Shown: piece after piece, positions 25,916-35,248 of the stretch
Layout: the number at the start of each line of letters is the position of its first letter
How positions within the stretch are numbered: position 1 is the stretch's first letter
Origin: an uncultured bacterium
GTDB lineage: Bacteria > Zixibacteria > MSB-5A5 > UBA10806
Assembly: GCA_965541585.1 (NCBI GenBank)
Contig: CBEUCH010000003.1
Location: 32,001-96,000, forward strand
DNA: 64,000 bases
Direction: 5' to 3'
The notes under the pieces: model-generated
What the model was told of the DNA's origin: nothing
What the model saw: the letters and a program-made list of their open reading frames with translations, nothing else
The model's database searches: none
Made by a program: the position numbers and the translations under genes

Positions 25916-27310
25916 ATGTACGGAGCTAACGTAGGGTTGGAGATCGGCAAAAGGGCGCTTATGGCCCAGCAGTTATCCTTAAACCTCACGGGACACAATA
26001 TAGCCAATGTAAATACCCCGGGGTTTTCCCGTCAGAGCTCCATTATGGAAGCCAATATACCGATGGTTCTGCCGTTCGGCAGCGTTGGCACCGGTGTTGA
26101 TGTAGGCGATATACGCCGAATAAGGTCGTTATTTCTAGATCAACAATTCAGGAGTGAATCGCATAAGCTCGGCAAATGGAGGTTCTTAAACCAGACCTGG
26201 AGCCAGGTGGAATCGATCTACAACGAGCCCGAAGAGACCGGCCTCTCAGCCCTTATGGATAAGTTCTGGAATTCCTGGCAGGACCTGGCTAATAATCCCG
26301 AAAGCGAATCGGCCAGGGTGGCTGTTCGCGAACAGGCTTCCATACTGGTAAACTCGTTCCATCACCTCTCAACCCAGTTAAGAGATCTCAGAGAATCTCT
26401 CGATGCCGATATCAACACCATGGTGCAACAGACAAACAATATGGCCGCCCAGATAGCCGATCTAAATCAATCCATAGCTTCGGCGGAATTAACCGGGAAC
26501 ACCGCCAATGATCTCCGTGATAGGCGAGATTATCTGGTGGATCAGCTCTCACGATATGTGAATGTCGGCGTCCTGGAACAATCTAACGGATCGTACACCG
26601 TGTTTTTGGGCGGCATGGCGTTAGTCGACGGTTCCACGTCTCTTCAAATAGGGACCGAAACCCAATCCGGAGGAGCATCTGTAACAACCAGGATTTTCTT
26701 TCAGGGAACGGGGATCGATATTGAACACTCCGGCGGAGAGCTTGAAGGCATTCTCGAAGCCCGTGACACCATAGTCGTCGAGCGTCAGGCAGAGATGGAT
26801 CTGCTCGCCAGGGAGCTGGTGGTGGCAGTTAATGAAATCCACCGGGCAGGATATGGTCTGGGGGGCGACACGGATATCGATTTCTTCGATCCCGATACCA
26901 CTGGAGCAGCGGATATAGAACTTAATTCACTGATCCTGCAGGACGTCAATTATATCGCTGCCAGCCTGAATGGGGAAATCGGGGATAATTCGAACGCCCT
27001 GGCCCTGGCTTCCCTGAGGGAGACGCTCATACTGAAGAACGGCCAGGCGACCTTCAACGAATATTACTCATCTGTTATCGGTAAAATAGGGATAAAAGCA
27101 CAGGAGGCGCAAAATCTCGAGCAGAATCAGCTGGCGCTGATGTTCCAGATAGAAAATGCCAGGCAATCGACCAGCGGAGTATCCCTCGATGAGGAGATGG
27201 CAAATATGATCAGATATCAACATGCATTCGAGGCTGCCGCCAGGGTTATTTCGGCCATGGATTCGGCCCTCGATACGATCATTAACCGCATGGTTTCATT
27301 CACGGGCTAA
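25916..27310 (+). CDS. flgK: Hook-associated protein FlgK
   Basis: GHNIANVNTPGFSRQ; NDLRDRRD.LVD.LS; SGVSLDEEM.NMI.YQHAF.AAARVI. Confidence 0.96.
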   Translation: MYGANVGLEIGKRALMAQQLSLNLTGHNIANVNTPGFSRQSSIMEANIPMVLPFGSVGTGVDVGDIRRIRSLFLDQQFRSESHKLGKWRFLNQTWSQVESIYNEPEETGLSALMDKFWNSWQDLANNPESESARVAVREQASILVNSFHHLSTQLRDLRESLDADINTMVQQTNNMAAQIADLNQSIASAELTGNTANDLRDRRDYLVDQLSRYVNVGVLEQSNGSYTVFLGGMALVDGSTSLQIGTETQSGGASVTTRIFFQGTGIDIEHSGGELEGILEARDTIVVERQAEMDLLARELVVAVNEIHRAGYGLGGDTDIDFFDPDTTGAADIELNSLILQDVNYIAASLNGEIGDNSNALALASLRETLILKNGQATFNEYYSSVIGKIGIKAQEAQNLEQNQLALMFQIENARQSTSGVSLDEEMANMIRYQHAFEAAARVISAMDSALDTIINRMVSFTG

Positions 27311-27341
27311 TGACGGATAGATCGGAAACAGGCAGATTCGG

Positions 27342-27590
27342 ATGTTGATTCTGGCAAGGAAATCGGGCGAGGCGATAGCGATCGGAGAGGATATAAAAAT
27401 AACAGTCCTGGGGATCCACGGTAAACAGGTGAAACTCGGAATTGCGGCTCCGGATAGAATCGCCGTTTATCGCGATGAGATTTTCAAAAGGATTCAGCAG
27501 GAAAATATCAGGGCTTCAATGTCAATGAAAGAGGATATCCAGGAATTGGCCAGGGTTGTAAAAGCCGGCAAGAATAGGAAAAAACAGTGA
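27342..27590 (+). CDS. csrA: Translational regulator CsrA
   Basis: MLILARK.GE.I.IG.DI.ITV......VKLGI.AP..I.VYR.EI, plus the C-terminal extension IQQEN..A typical of FliW-controlled CsrA. Confidence 0.96.
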   Translation: MLILARKSGEAIAIGEDIKITVLGIHGKQVKLGIAAPDRIAVYRDEIFKRIQQENIRASMSMKEDIQELARVVKAGKNRKKQ

Positions 27591-27788
27591 TATCCCGGAT
27601 GAAGCAAAGAATGGATCGAAAAATGAGCAATACAGAGTTTTTGCATCGGCCGATGTCTCGGACGCATTACGGGCGAACATCCCTGTGGAAGACGACCGGG
27701 GAAACCGTGAGTCCGGCCGGCATCCCTGACGATACGATAAAGTAGTCTGGCCGGAGATAAGGCAGAGATAGATTACCGGAGGAGTACC

Positions 27789-29702
27789 ATGCGTGTTACC
27801 ACGAATATGATAATAAATACGGTATCGAGAAATCTGGCTCTTTCCCAGGCCCGGTTTCTCAGACTCCAGACCATGGCCAGTTCCGGGCGGAGAATCAACA
27901 GGCCGTCCGATGATCCTATCGGAATTACCAAGGCTCTCGGCTTTCGCTCGACATTATCCGATATATCGCAATTCAGAAAAAATATAGATCAGGCCACTTC
28001 ATGGTTGGCCTTTTCAGACCAGGCGCTGGCAAACATCAATGAACTCATTATCGATGCCAAGGAAGTTGCCGTACAGCTTGCCAACGATACCTATGACGAT
28101 GCTGCCCGCGAGGGAGGAGCAGTCCAGATTCGAGATCTGTTCGACCAGATAATCGATGCTGCTAACACCAGGTTCGAGGGCAATTATATATTCTCAGGTA
28201 CGCGGACGAATATCAGGCCGTTTCTGGTGACGCCGATTGGAATCGTGTACCAGGGCGATTTTTCAAACATTCTGCTTGAAACGGAATCGTCGTCTCATCT
28301 TGCGATAAATAGTATAGGCGCGAATTTCCTCACCAATGCGGTTGGAACGCTGGGAGATGGCCATGACCTGAATCCGGGTCTGCAATCCAACCTGTGGCTC
28401 GATTACCTGAATAATGGCGAAGGAGTTGACCTCGGAGCGGGCCAGTTCACTCTAAGAACGCTAAACGGCGAGTTCAACATCGATGTATCGGCAGCGCGCA
28501 ACGTTCAGGATATTCTCGATGCTATTAATGGCTTGGGTATTCCGAACTTCACGGCCGGTATTAGCGATACGGTGGGCGGCTTTCGCTTCGAAGACAGTTC
28601 AGATTATCAGATTACGGCCAACACTCCCCTCGGAATTTTGAATCAAGGCCTGGGCGTCGATCAAACCGGTACCATTCGTTTTACCACGGGTGGAGGGACC
28701 ACTGTTGATGTCGATGTCTCCGCAGCCTCGAATCTGGGTGACGTTATTAATGAGATCAACAATCAGCTTGCTGCCGGAGGAATCAACAACGTTACGGCGT
28801 CAATTGACCCTGATAAGAATACTCTCGTAATCACCGATGCTAACCTGGCTCCCCTGAATATAACCATATCGGAGGGGGTTGCGGGCTCACAAACCGCGTC
28901 GGATCTGGGTCTGATAGGCGAAGTTATATCAATATTCGAAGGAGGGGATCTCAATCCATACTCAATGCAGGTCGTGGAAAGTGCCCCGGGCGAGAATACC
29001 GCGAAGTCACTCGGACTTTTGCATGGAACTTCTTACGGGACTCTGGAAGGCGACGACCTTAATCCCCAGCTTGCCTACTTTACCCTGCTTTCAGCCTTAA
29101 ATCACGGACAGGGATTTCCCCTGGGCAAGTTCAGGATAGCCAATGGAGATGATCAGCAGGATATCGACCTCTCAGTGTTAGCGTCCGATCCCGGCGCTAC
29201 TGTTATGGATGTCATAAACCTTATCAATTCCTCGGGCATCGATGTCGAGGCCAGGATAAATGATCAGCAGACGGGGTTGATCCTATTCTCTAATGTCGAG
29301 GGCCGTACATTGACGGTCATGGAAGCCGATGGTGGACGCACGGCCAAAGATCTCGGGATATTCGGTTCGCCCGACCTGCTGGGGAATATGATGGTTTTGG
29401 AAGATGCTCTCGAAAGAAACGACACCGAGGAGATAAATTTATGTCTGGAGATCTTTGACGATGCTCTGGATCGGATCCTGATTGAACGTGCTGATGTCGG
29501 CGCCAGAGTTAACAGAGGCGAGACCGCCTCCTACAGGCTCCTGTCTTTCGAAGTTCAGGTTACCTCTCAGCTCTCCAGGGTAGAAGATGCCGATATAACG
29601 AGGGTCATCACGGATATCGCATCTGCCGAGGCTGCCTATCAGGCCGCCCTGGCGTCGGCGGCCAGAATGCTTCAACCATCGTTATTGAATTTTCTAAGAT
29701 AA
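27789..29702 (+). CDS. flgL: Hook-associated protein FlgL (long, with internal repeated domains)
   Basis: MRVT; SSGRRINRPSDDP; AN....GNYIFSG; C-terminal EDAD....Y.AAL...AR..QPSL.NFL. Confidence 0.93.
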   Translation: MRVTTNMIINTVSRNLALSQARFLRLQTMASSGRRINRPSDDPIGITKALGFRSTLSDISQFRKNIDQATSWLAFSDQALANINELIIDAKEVAVQLANDTYDDAAREGGAVQIRDLFDQIIDAANTRFEGNYIFSGTRTNIRPFLVTPIGIVYQGDFSNILLETESSSHLAINSIGANFLTNAVGTLGDGHDLNPGLQSNLWLDYLNNGEGVDLGAGQFTLRTLNGEFNIDVSAARNVQDILDAINGLGIPNFTAGISDTVGGFRFEDSSDYQITANTPLGILNQGLGVDQTGTIRFTTGGGTTVDVDVSAASNLGDVINEINNQLAAGGINNVTASIDPDKNTLVITDANLAPLNITISEGVAGSQTASDLGLIGEVISIFEGGDLNPYSMQVVESAPGENTAKSLGLLHGTSYGTLEGDDLNPQLAYFTLLSALNHGQGFPLGKFRIANGDDQQDIDLSVLASDPGATVMDVINLINSSGIDVEARINDQQTGLILFSNVEGRTLTVMEADGGRTAKDLGIFGSPDLLGNMMVLEDALERNDTEEINLCLEIFDDALDRILIERADVGARVNRGETASYRLLSFEVQVTSQLSRVEDADITRVITDIASAEAAYQAALASAARMLQPSLLNFLR

Positions 29703-29712
29703 GGGGGATCTG

Positions 29713-30171
29713 ATGGAATTAAACGCCACGCGATTCGGTAACATAGAATACGATAAGTCGGATATCATCTGGATGGTGAGGGGATTTCTGGGATTTGAGC
29801 ACTTGAAGCGATTCATAGTGGTCTCCCTTGAAGGCCAGGAACCTTTCAAATGGTTCCAGTCTATTGAGGATCATAATATTGCTTTCCTTATGATCGATCC
29901 CATGTTTTTCAAGCCGGATTACGTGGTCGACATCACTCCCCAGGAGATAGCCTCTCTTCAGGCTTCCGCTCTGGAAGATATAGCGCTGTTTGTCCTGGTG
30001 TCGATTCCTGTCGGCCAGCCGGAAAAAATGTCGGCCAACCTGCAAGGTCCGCTGGCGATTAACATGAAAGACAACTGCGCCGCCCAACTTGTTTTAAGTG
30101 AAAGCGACTACGTCCCGGAACATTCCATATTTGAGGAAATTGAGAAGAGACTGGCAGAAGTGGCGACCTGA
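29713..30171 (+). CDS. fliW: Flagellar assembly factor FliW
   Basis: TRFG.IE, G..GFE, PF.W.QS, F..IDP..F..DY, SANL.GP..IN. Confidence 0.93.
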   Translation: MELNATRFGNIEYDKSDIIWMVRGFLGFEHLKRFIVVSLEGQEPFKWFQSIEDHNIAFLMIDPMFFKPDYVVDITPQEIASLQASALEDIALFVLVSIPVGQPEKMSANLQGPLAINMKDNCAAQLVLSESDYVPEHSIFEEIEKRLAEVAT

Positions 30172-30261
30172 TGGACGTATCAAGATTCTGTGATAATATG
30201 ATTTCTTTCCGGACTATTGTAACATAATTGAAAAACAGATAACAAAATAAAAGGCCGAATT

Positions 30262-31959
30262 ATGTCAGAGATTGCAGATGTCAAGAATGCCGCCGGAGAA
30301 TCCCGGCAGGTTATTGCCAGATTGATGGATGAAGGCGATGAGGATCAGGCGTTAGAACAGCTTCAATCGCTCCTGAACGAAGAGCCTGATGATCCCGAAC
30401 TGCAGAATACGCTGGGTTCAATTCATGCCCGCAGGGGGGACTATGCTAAAGCGGAGTCGATATTCAATGAGGTAATCCGTCTGGATCCGGAATATGCGGA
30501 TGGATATTATAATCTGGGATTAGTGCACAGCCGTCAGAATCGTAAATCGGAGGCGGTGGAGAACTTCCTCCGGGCTGTAAAGATAAATCCGGGCGACTCC
30601 GCGGCGCACAACGATCTGGGAGCGATCTACCATTCCCAGGGGAAAACGCATCTCGCCAAAGGACACTTCATTAAGGCCCTGGAGGATAATCCTCTCTACA
30701 AGAGCGCTCTTTTGAACCTCTTCGAGGTTTGCTGGGACGACGGCGCTTATACCGAGGGCATGAGCTGGATAGAGAAATTCTTGAAAGCGGCTTCGGATGA
30801 CCAGAAGCCACCTGCAGACGATAATAGCGTCCCTCCGATATCGGAACCAATGACGATGGAGCAATCCGTCGCTCCTGACGCTTGTTCTTTTCCCGGAGCG
30901 AATACAAAAAGCACTCTGACCTTGAAGAAGAAACAATCGTCTCTGGGGGATGAACTGTTCTTAAAACACGTCCCGGAAGAATTGCGGGATAAGAAAAACG
31001 GCATCAATATCGCAGTGGTGGCCGACTTCAATATCGCCGGACAACTATCACTACTGTTCAGAATGATCAATCGCTACACGACTCATAAAGCCCGGCTGGT
31101 TATTCTTCAAGGGGATTACCTGTCGTACGATAGAGATCTGATACTTTCGTCCGGCGATCAGAATGATTATGAGGAAGCAGTCAGGGTGATTGAGAACGCC
31201 GATTTTTACCATATCGGGAGATTCCCCAAGAACTTCAACGATATTAACTGGGCGGGTATTCTGAAGCCCGATAACTGCCTGGTTCAATATTATGGTTCCG
31301 AGATGCGAAATAACGCCGCGCAGATATACAAGTGGCATTCCGAAAATAAGATAGCCGGGTTATCGGCCTGGGATTATACGATGATCGAGAAGGCCCCGCT
31401 CTTTTACCATGTAAATATGATGTGCGATTTCTCTCGCATAAAGCAGTGCTCGCCGCCCAGGGACGTTATAAGAATCTGCCATCCGCCGACCAACCGGCAG
31501 TTCAAAAAGACCGATATGCTGCTTGACGCCTTCGAAAAGCTGAAACAGAGATATCCTGTCGAGCTTGAGCTTATAGAGGGAAAATCAAACGAGGAATGTC
31601 TTGATATCAAGAGCCGATGCCATATCACTTTCGATCAGGTCTCGGTCGGCATTTACGGGCTCTCGGCTATAGAATCGATGGCGGCCGGGCATGCGGTGCT
31701 CAGCGGAATCTCCAATTTTGCCGCCAGCTACCATCCCGATAATCCCGTCGTTTACGTCACCGGGGAGAATCTTTACGATAAGCTGGAAAGCCTCCTCAAG
31801 AGCAGAAAAGAAATTACAAGGGTCGGCAATAGCAGCAAGATCTGGGCGCGAGTGCATCACGACCCGATGAAGATTATTCGCCAGTATCTCTGGATGTACG
31901 ATTTCGTTTTGCATGGTCACAGGTACGCGGAAGACCCGAATTCGTATCTGTTAAGCTAG
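30262..31959 (+). CDS. TPR repeats fused to a GT-B-type glycosyltransferase-like domain
   Basis: N-terminal TPRs (YYNLG, HNDLG); C-terminal ICHPPTNR..K.T, DQ...G.YGL.AIESMA.G. Confidence 0.75.
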   Translation: MSEIADVKNAAGESRQVIARLMDEGDEDQALEQLQSLLNEEPDDPELQNTLGSIHARRGDYAKAESIFNEVIRLDPEYADGYYNLGLVHSRQNRKSEAVENFLRAVKINPGDSAAHNDLGAIYHSQGKTHLAKGHFIKALEDNPLYKSALLNLFEVCWDDGAYTEGMSWIEKFLKAASDDQKPPADDNSVPPISEPMTMEQSVAPDACSFPGANTKSTLTLKKKQSSLGDELFLKHVPEELRDKKNGINIAVVADFNIAGQLSLLFRMINRYTTHKARLVILQGDYLSYDRDLILSSGDQNDYEEAVRVIENADFYHIGRFPKNFNDINWAGILKPDNCLVQYYGSEMRNNAAQIYKWHSENKIAGLSAWDYTMIEKAPLFYHVNMMCDFSRIKQCSPPRDVIRICHPPTNRQFKKTDMLLDAFEKLKQRYPVELELIEGKSNEECLDIKSRCHITFDQVSVGIYGLSAIESMAAGHAVLSGISNFAASYHPDNPVVYVTGENLYDKLESLLKSRKEITRVGNSSKIWARVHHDPMKIIRQYLWMYDFVLHGHRYAEDPNSYLLS

Positions 31960-31964
31960 GAGGC

Positions 31965-32960
31965 GTGTTGCCACTTTTCGGCAAAAATATTTTCATCTCC
32001 GGTGGGGCGGGCTTTATCGGTTCAGCAATTATAGTACGGCTGGTCGATAATAATAAAATTACCGTCTACGATAATTTCCGTCGCAACAGCCTGGATGGTC
32101 GCAGGCTCGAGAATCATCCAAACCTCAAAATCGTCAAAGGCGATATACTGGATTTTGATGATATCCAACGGCATATAGCGGGATCGGAAATTGTCATTCA
32201 TTTGGCGGCCATAGCCGGAATAGATACTGTCATAAAATCGCCCATAGCCACCATGCATGTTAACATGCTGGGCACTTCCAATATGCTGAGAGCGGCTTCC
32301 GAAGTCACGTCTTTAGAGCGTTTCATCGACTTTTCCACGTCGGAAGTTTTCGGATCTTATGCCTTCCGCTCAGAGGAGGGCGACAGTACTTCTCTGGGGG
32401 CGGTGGGGAATGCCCGCTGGACCTATGCCGTCTCGAAACTGGCCGGCGAGCATCTTACTTATAGCTATTATAAAGAAAAAAGTCTCCCGGCATTGACCGT
32501 CAGGCCGTTCAATATCTATGGCCCCGGCCAGGTCGGTGAAGGAGCGATCCACCATTTTGTCACCAAGGCTCTCAAGGGCGAGGATTTAGTTATTCGCGGC
32601 AACGGCGATCAGATCCGTTCCTGGTGTTATATCGATGATATTATCGACAGCCTGGTGATGGCTCTGGAAAACGAGAATGCAGTGGGAGAGAGCTTTAACA
32701 TCGGAAATCCCCGGGGGACAGTCACCATCTATGGACTGGCCCTGGCGATCATTCGTGTAACTTATTCCAAATCCAGAATAGTATTCGTACCCAGGGATCT
32801 GGTTGATGTGGAGTTGCGGATTCCTAATATAGATAAAGCAAAATCGATCCTGGGATTCCAGCCGAAAATCGATCTGGAGGAAGGCCTAAAGAAAACGGCG
32901 GATTGGTATTATGACAGAATCTATGCAGATACCGCTTGTCAGGTTGAACCTGTCGCCTGA
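31965..32960 (+). CDS. NAD-dependent nucleotide-sugar epimerase/dehydratase/decarboxylase (extended SDR)
   Basis: GGAGFIG, HLAA, STSEVFG, YAVSK, RPFNIYGP. Confidence 0.92.
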   Translation: MLPLFGKNIFISGGAGFIGSAIIVRLVDNNKITVYDNFRRNSLDGRRLENHPNLKIVKGDILDFDDIQRHIAGSEIVIHLAAIAGIDTVIKSPIATMHVNMLGTSNMLRAASEVTSLERFIDFSTSEVFGSYAFRSEEGDSTSLGAVGNARWTYAVSKLAGEHLTYSYYKEKSLPALTVRPFNIYGPGQVGEGAIHHFVTKALKGEDLVIRGNGDQIRSWCYIDDIIDSLVMALENENAVGESFNIGNPRGTVTIYGLALAIIRVTYSKSRIVFVPRDLVDVELRIPNIDKAKSILGFQPKIDLEEGLKKTADWYYDRIYADTACQVEPVA

Positions 32961-34098
32961 TGACATAACATCGACAGTCGATATCCTGAAATCCGGACAA
33001 TTGGTCAGCGGGCCGGTGGTAGAGTCTTTCGAGCGTCAGCTGGCCGGCTATCTAAAAACCCGATATGCCGTTTGTGTCTCGTCGGGCACTGCCGCGTTGC
33101 ATCTGGGACTCCTGGCCCTCGGCATCGGTCGCGGCGATGAGGTAATTGTCCCGGCGTTTAGCTACCCCGCCTCCGCCAACGCGGTTGAATTAACCGGAGC
33201 GCGTGTCACTTTTGTCGATTCTCAATTCGATTCTTTTAATATCGATACCGCTAAGATCGAGAATAGCATCACGGCTCGCACCCGCGCTATAATGGTGGTT
33301 CATAATTTTGGCTGCCCGGTCGATATCACCAGAGTTCACTCGCTTTCTGCAAAATATGACCTTCCGATATTCGAGGACGCCGCCTGCGCTCTGGGTTCGA
33401 GTATAAGGGAAACGCGATGCGGGAGCCTCGGAAGGCTGGCAGCCTTCAGTTTTCATCCCAGAAAAATCATTACCACCGGCGAGGGTGGAGTGGTGGTTAC
33501 TGATGATCCTGCAATAGCTAAAACAATCAGGGAACTTCGCAACCAGGGTCAAGCATTTGGAAATCATGTCGATTTCGTCGCCGCCGGTTATAATTACCGC
33601 ATGACTGATTTTCAGGCGGCGCTCGGCGTATCCCAGATGAAACGATTGAAGACCATTATCCGCGCCCGCAGGCGGATTGCAGAATATTACAACCAGGCTA
33701 TCGCCGATATTGATTATCTGCGAGTGCCGCTCCACGACGGCAGCCGAAAGCTGAATTATCAAACCTATACGGTCTCCGTCGAGAATGGCCGGCGCGATGC
33801 ACTTATCGATCATCTGAAGAATGAAGGAATAGAGGCGGGTATCGGAACCCATTCTATTCCGCATACCGCATATTATTCTGAGGGCTACAATGTCGACGAA
33901 TCGCATTATCCGAATTCTCTGCGCTTCCATCGGAATCTAATCAGTTTGCCGTTGTTCGAGGACATATCAACTCAGGAACAGGATCTGGTGATCTCGGCTC
34001 TCAAAGCCTTCGCTCCCGAAAAAGATCCTGGGCTTGTTATGGAGCAAACGACTAAAGATGCAGCAGTGGAGATGGGCGCTGGAAATCAGCAATTATGA
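32911..34098 (+). CDS. DegT/DnrJ/EryC1/StrS sugar aminotransferase; start may be 32923
   Basis: SSGTAALHL, EDAAC, SFHPRKIITTGEGG, GYNYRM. Confidence 0.93.
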   Translation: MTESMQIPLVRLNLSPDDITSTVDILKSGQLVSGPVVESFERQLAGYLKTRYAVCVSSGTAALHLGLLALGIGRGDEVIVPAFSYPASANAVELTGARVTFVDSQFDSFNIDTAKIENSITARTRAIMVVHNFGCPVDITRVHSLSAKYDLPIFEDAACALGSSIRETRCGSLGRLAAFSFHPRKIITTGEGGVVVTDDPAIAKTIRELRNQGQAFGNHVDFVAAGYNYRMTDFQAALGVSQMKRLKTIIRARRRIAEYYNQAIADIDYLRVPLHDGSRKLNYQTYTVSVENGRRDALIDHLKNEGIEAGIGTHSIPHTAYYSEGYNVDESHYPNSLRFHRNLISLPLFEDISTQEQDLVISALKAFAPEKDPGLVMEQTTKDAAVEMGAGNQQL

Positions 34099-34649
34099 AT
34101 GATATGTTGACTCAAAAGATCGATGCCAAATCCTGGGACAGCCATGGCAGCGGTGATGACCGCAATTTCAAATCCGTAGGTTACGGCGTTGTCATAGAAC
34201 CGGGAGCGAGGATCTTTCTGGCTAGATTTATTGAATTGGGAGACGACGTCTACATCGGGCATGACGCTATCCTCAAAGGATATTTCGAGCGTCGCTTCGT
34301 GATAGGGGCTGGCTCCTGGATCGGGCCGCAATGTTTTATGTATGCTTCATGCGATATCGAGATCGGTGCTCATGTGGGAATCGGACCTAAAGTCTCTATT
34401 ATTACGTCCCGGCATGATACCAGCGATATATCGATGCCTATTCTGCATGCTCCATTGAAACATGCTTCCGTGGTGATAGGTGAGGGGGCTGATATTGGCT
34501 GTTCAACGGTGATTTTGCCGGGGGTAACGATCGGCCGGGGCGCTCAAATCGGGGCCGGGTCCGTCGTCACCCGTGATATACCCGAATTCACCATAGCGGC
34601 GGGAATCCCCGCCAAAGTTATTAGAGAAAGAGCATTAGATGGCCGCTGA
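34095..34649 (+). CDS. Hexapeptide-repeat sugar acyltransferase
   Basis: Left-handed beta-helix repeats; ILPGVTIGRGAQIGAGSVVTRD. Confidence 0.9.
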   Translation: MNDMLTQKIDAKSWDSHGSGDDRNFKSVGYGVVIEPGARIFLARFIELGDDVYIGHDAILKGYFERRFVIGAGSWIGPQCFMYASCDIEIGAHVGIGPKVSIITSRHDTSDISMPILHAPLKHASVVIGEGADIGCSTVILPGVTIGRGAQIGAGSVVTRDIPEFTIAAGIPAKVIRERALDGR

Positions 34650-35226
34650 TATAGCAAAAAAAACATTTGACGACGGTTCGGCCTGCTCGGAATCGGCGGC
34701 GGATCAGCGGGAGCTGATGGCTCTGGCCAGAAACGCCTTCAGCGATGGCGACTTCACCGGAGCCGCTGAATGTTGCCGCAAAGCGAGTGAAGATGAACGA
34801 CTGACTGATGACAGGGAGCTGGCCAGCGAGATCTTCTACCTCTGGTGCCTGTCCAATCTGAAAACAGGTAAACTCGATGAGACTCTTAAGGTCTGTTCCG
34901 AGGCCAGACGAAAGCTCGGGGAGTATCTCGATTTAGCCTATTTCGAATTGATAGTCGGTATTATGAAAGGCGAACCTGAAAGCGTCCTTTCCTCGGCGCA
35001 GAGCTATCTAGAATCATGGAATAACGAGAAAGAAAATAGCGATCCGTGGAAATCACGGACTCGCGACAGGCTGGGCGAAGTTTTATTGATGATGGGGCAG
35101 ACGTTGGAGCAAATACACTCGAAGGCGGAAGCGATAGAGATATACAAGAAGTATCTGGCTTTGTTCCCGGAGGATAAGGCCATTGAGGATCGCCTCGCAC
35201 AAATGTCGGTTGCCGCTAATACCTAA
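34639..35226 (+). CDS. TPR-like helical protein
   Basis: Helical repeats, EA..IY.KYL.LFP.D; shares GEYLDL/GDYLDL with the N-terminus of the next protein. Confidence 0.7.
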   Translation: MAADIAKKTFDDGSACSESAADQRELMALARNAFSDGDFTGAAECCRKASEDERLTDDRELASEIFYLWCLSNLKTGKLDETLKVCSEARRKLGEYLDLAYFELIVGIMKGEPESVLSSAQSYLESWNNEKENSDPWKSRTRDRLGEVLLMMGQTLEQIHSKAEAIEIYKKYLALFPEDKAIEDRLAQMSVAANT

Positions 35227-35248
35227 ACAGTTTGACAACGGGTTTATT

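Noticed and set aside
27611..27745. 44-codon ORF between csrA and flgL
   Set aside because: No RBS and no recognisable motif, so it cannot be supported.
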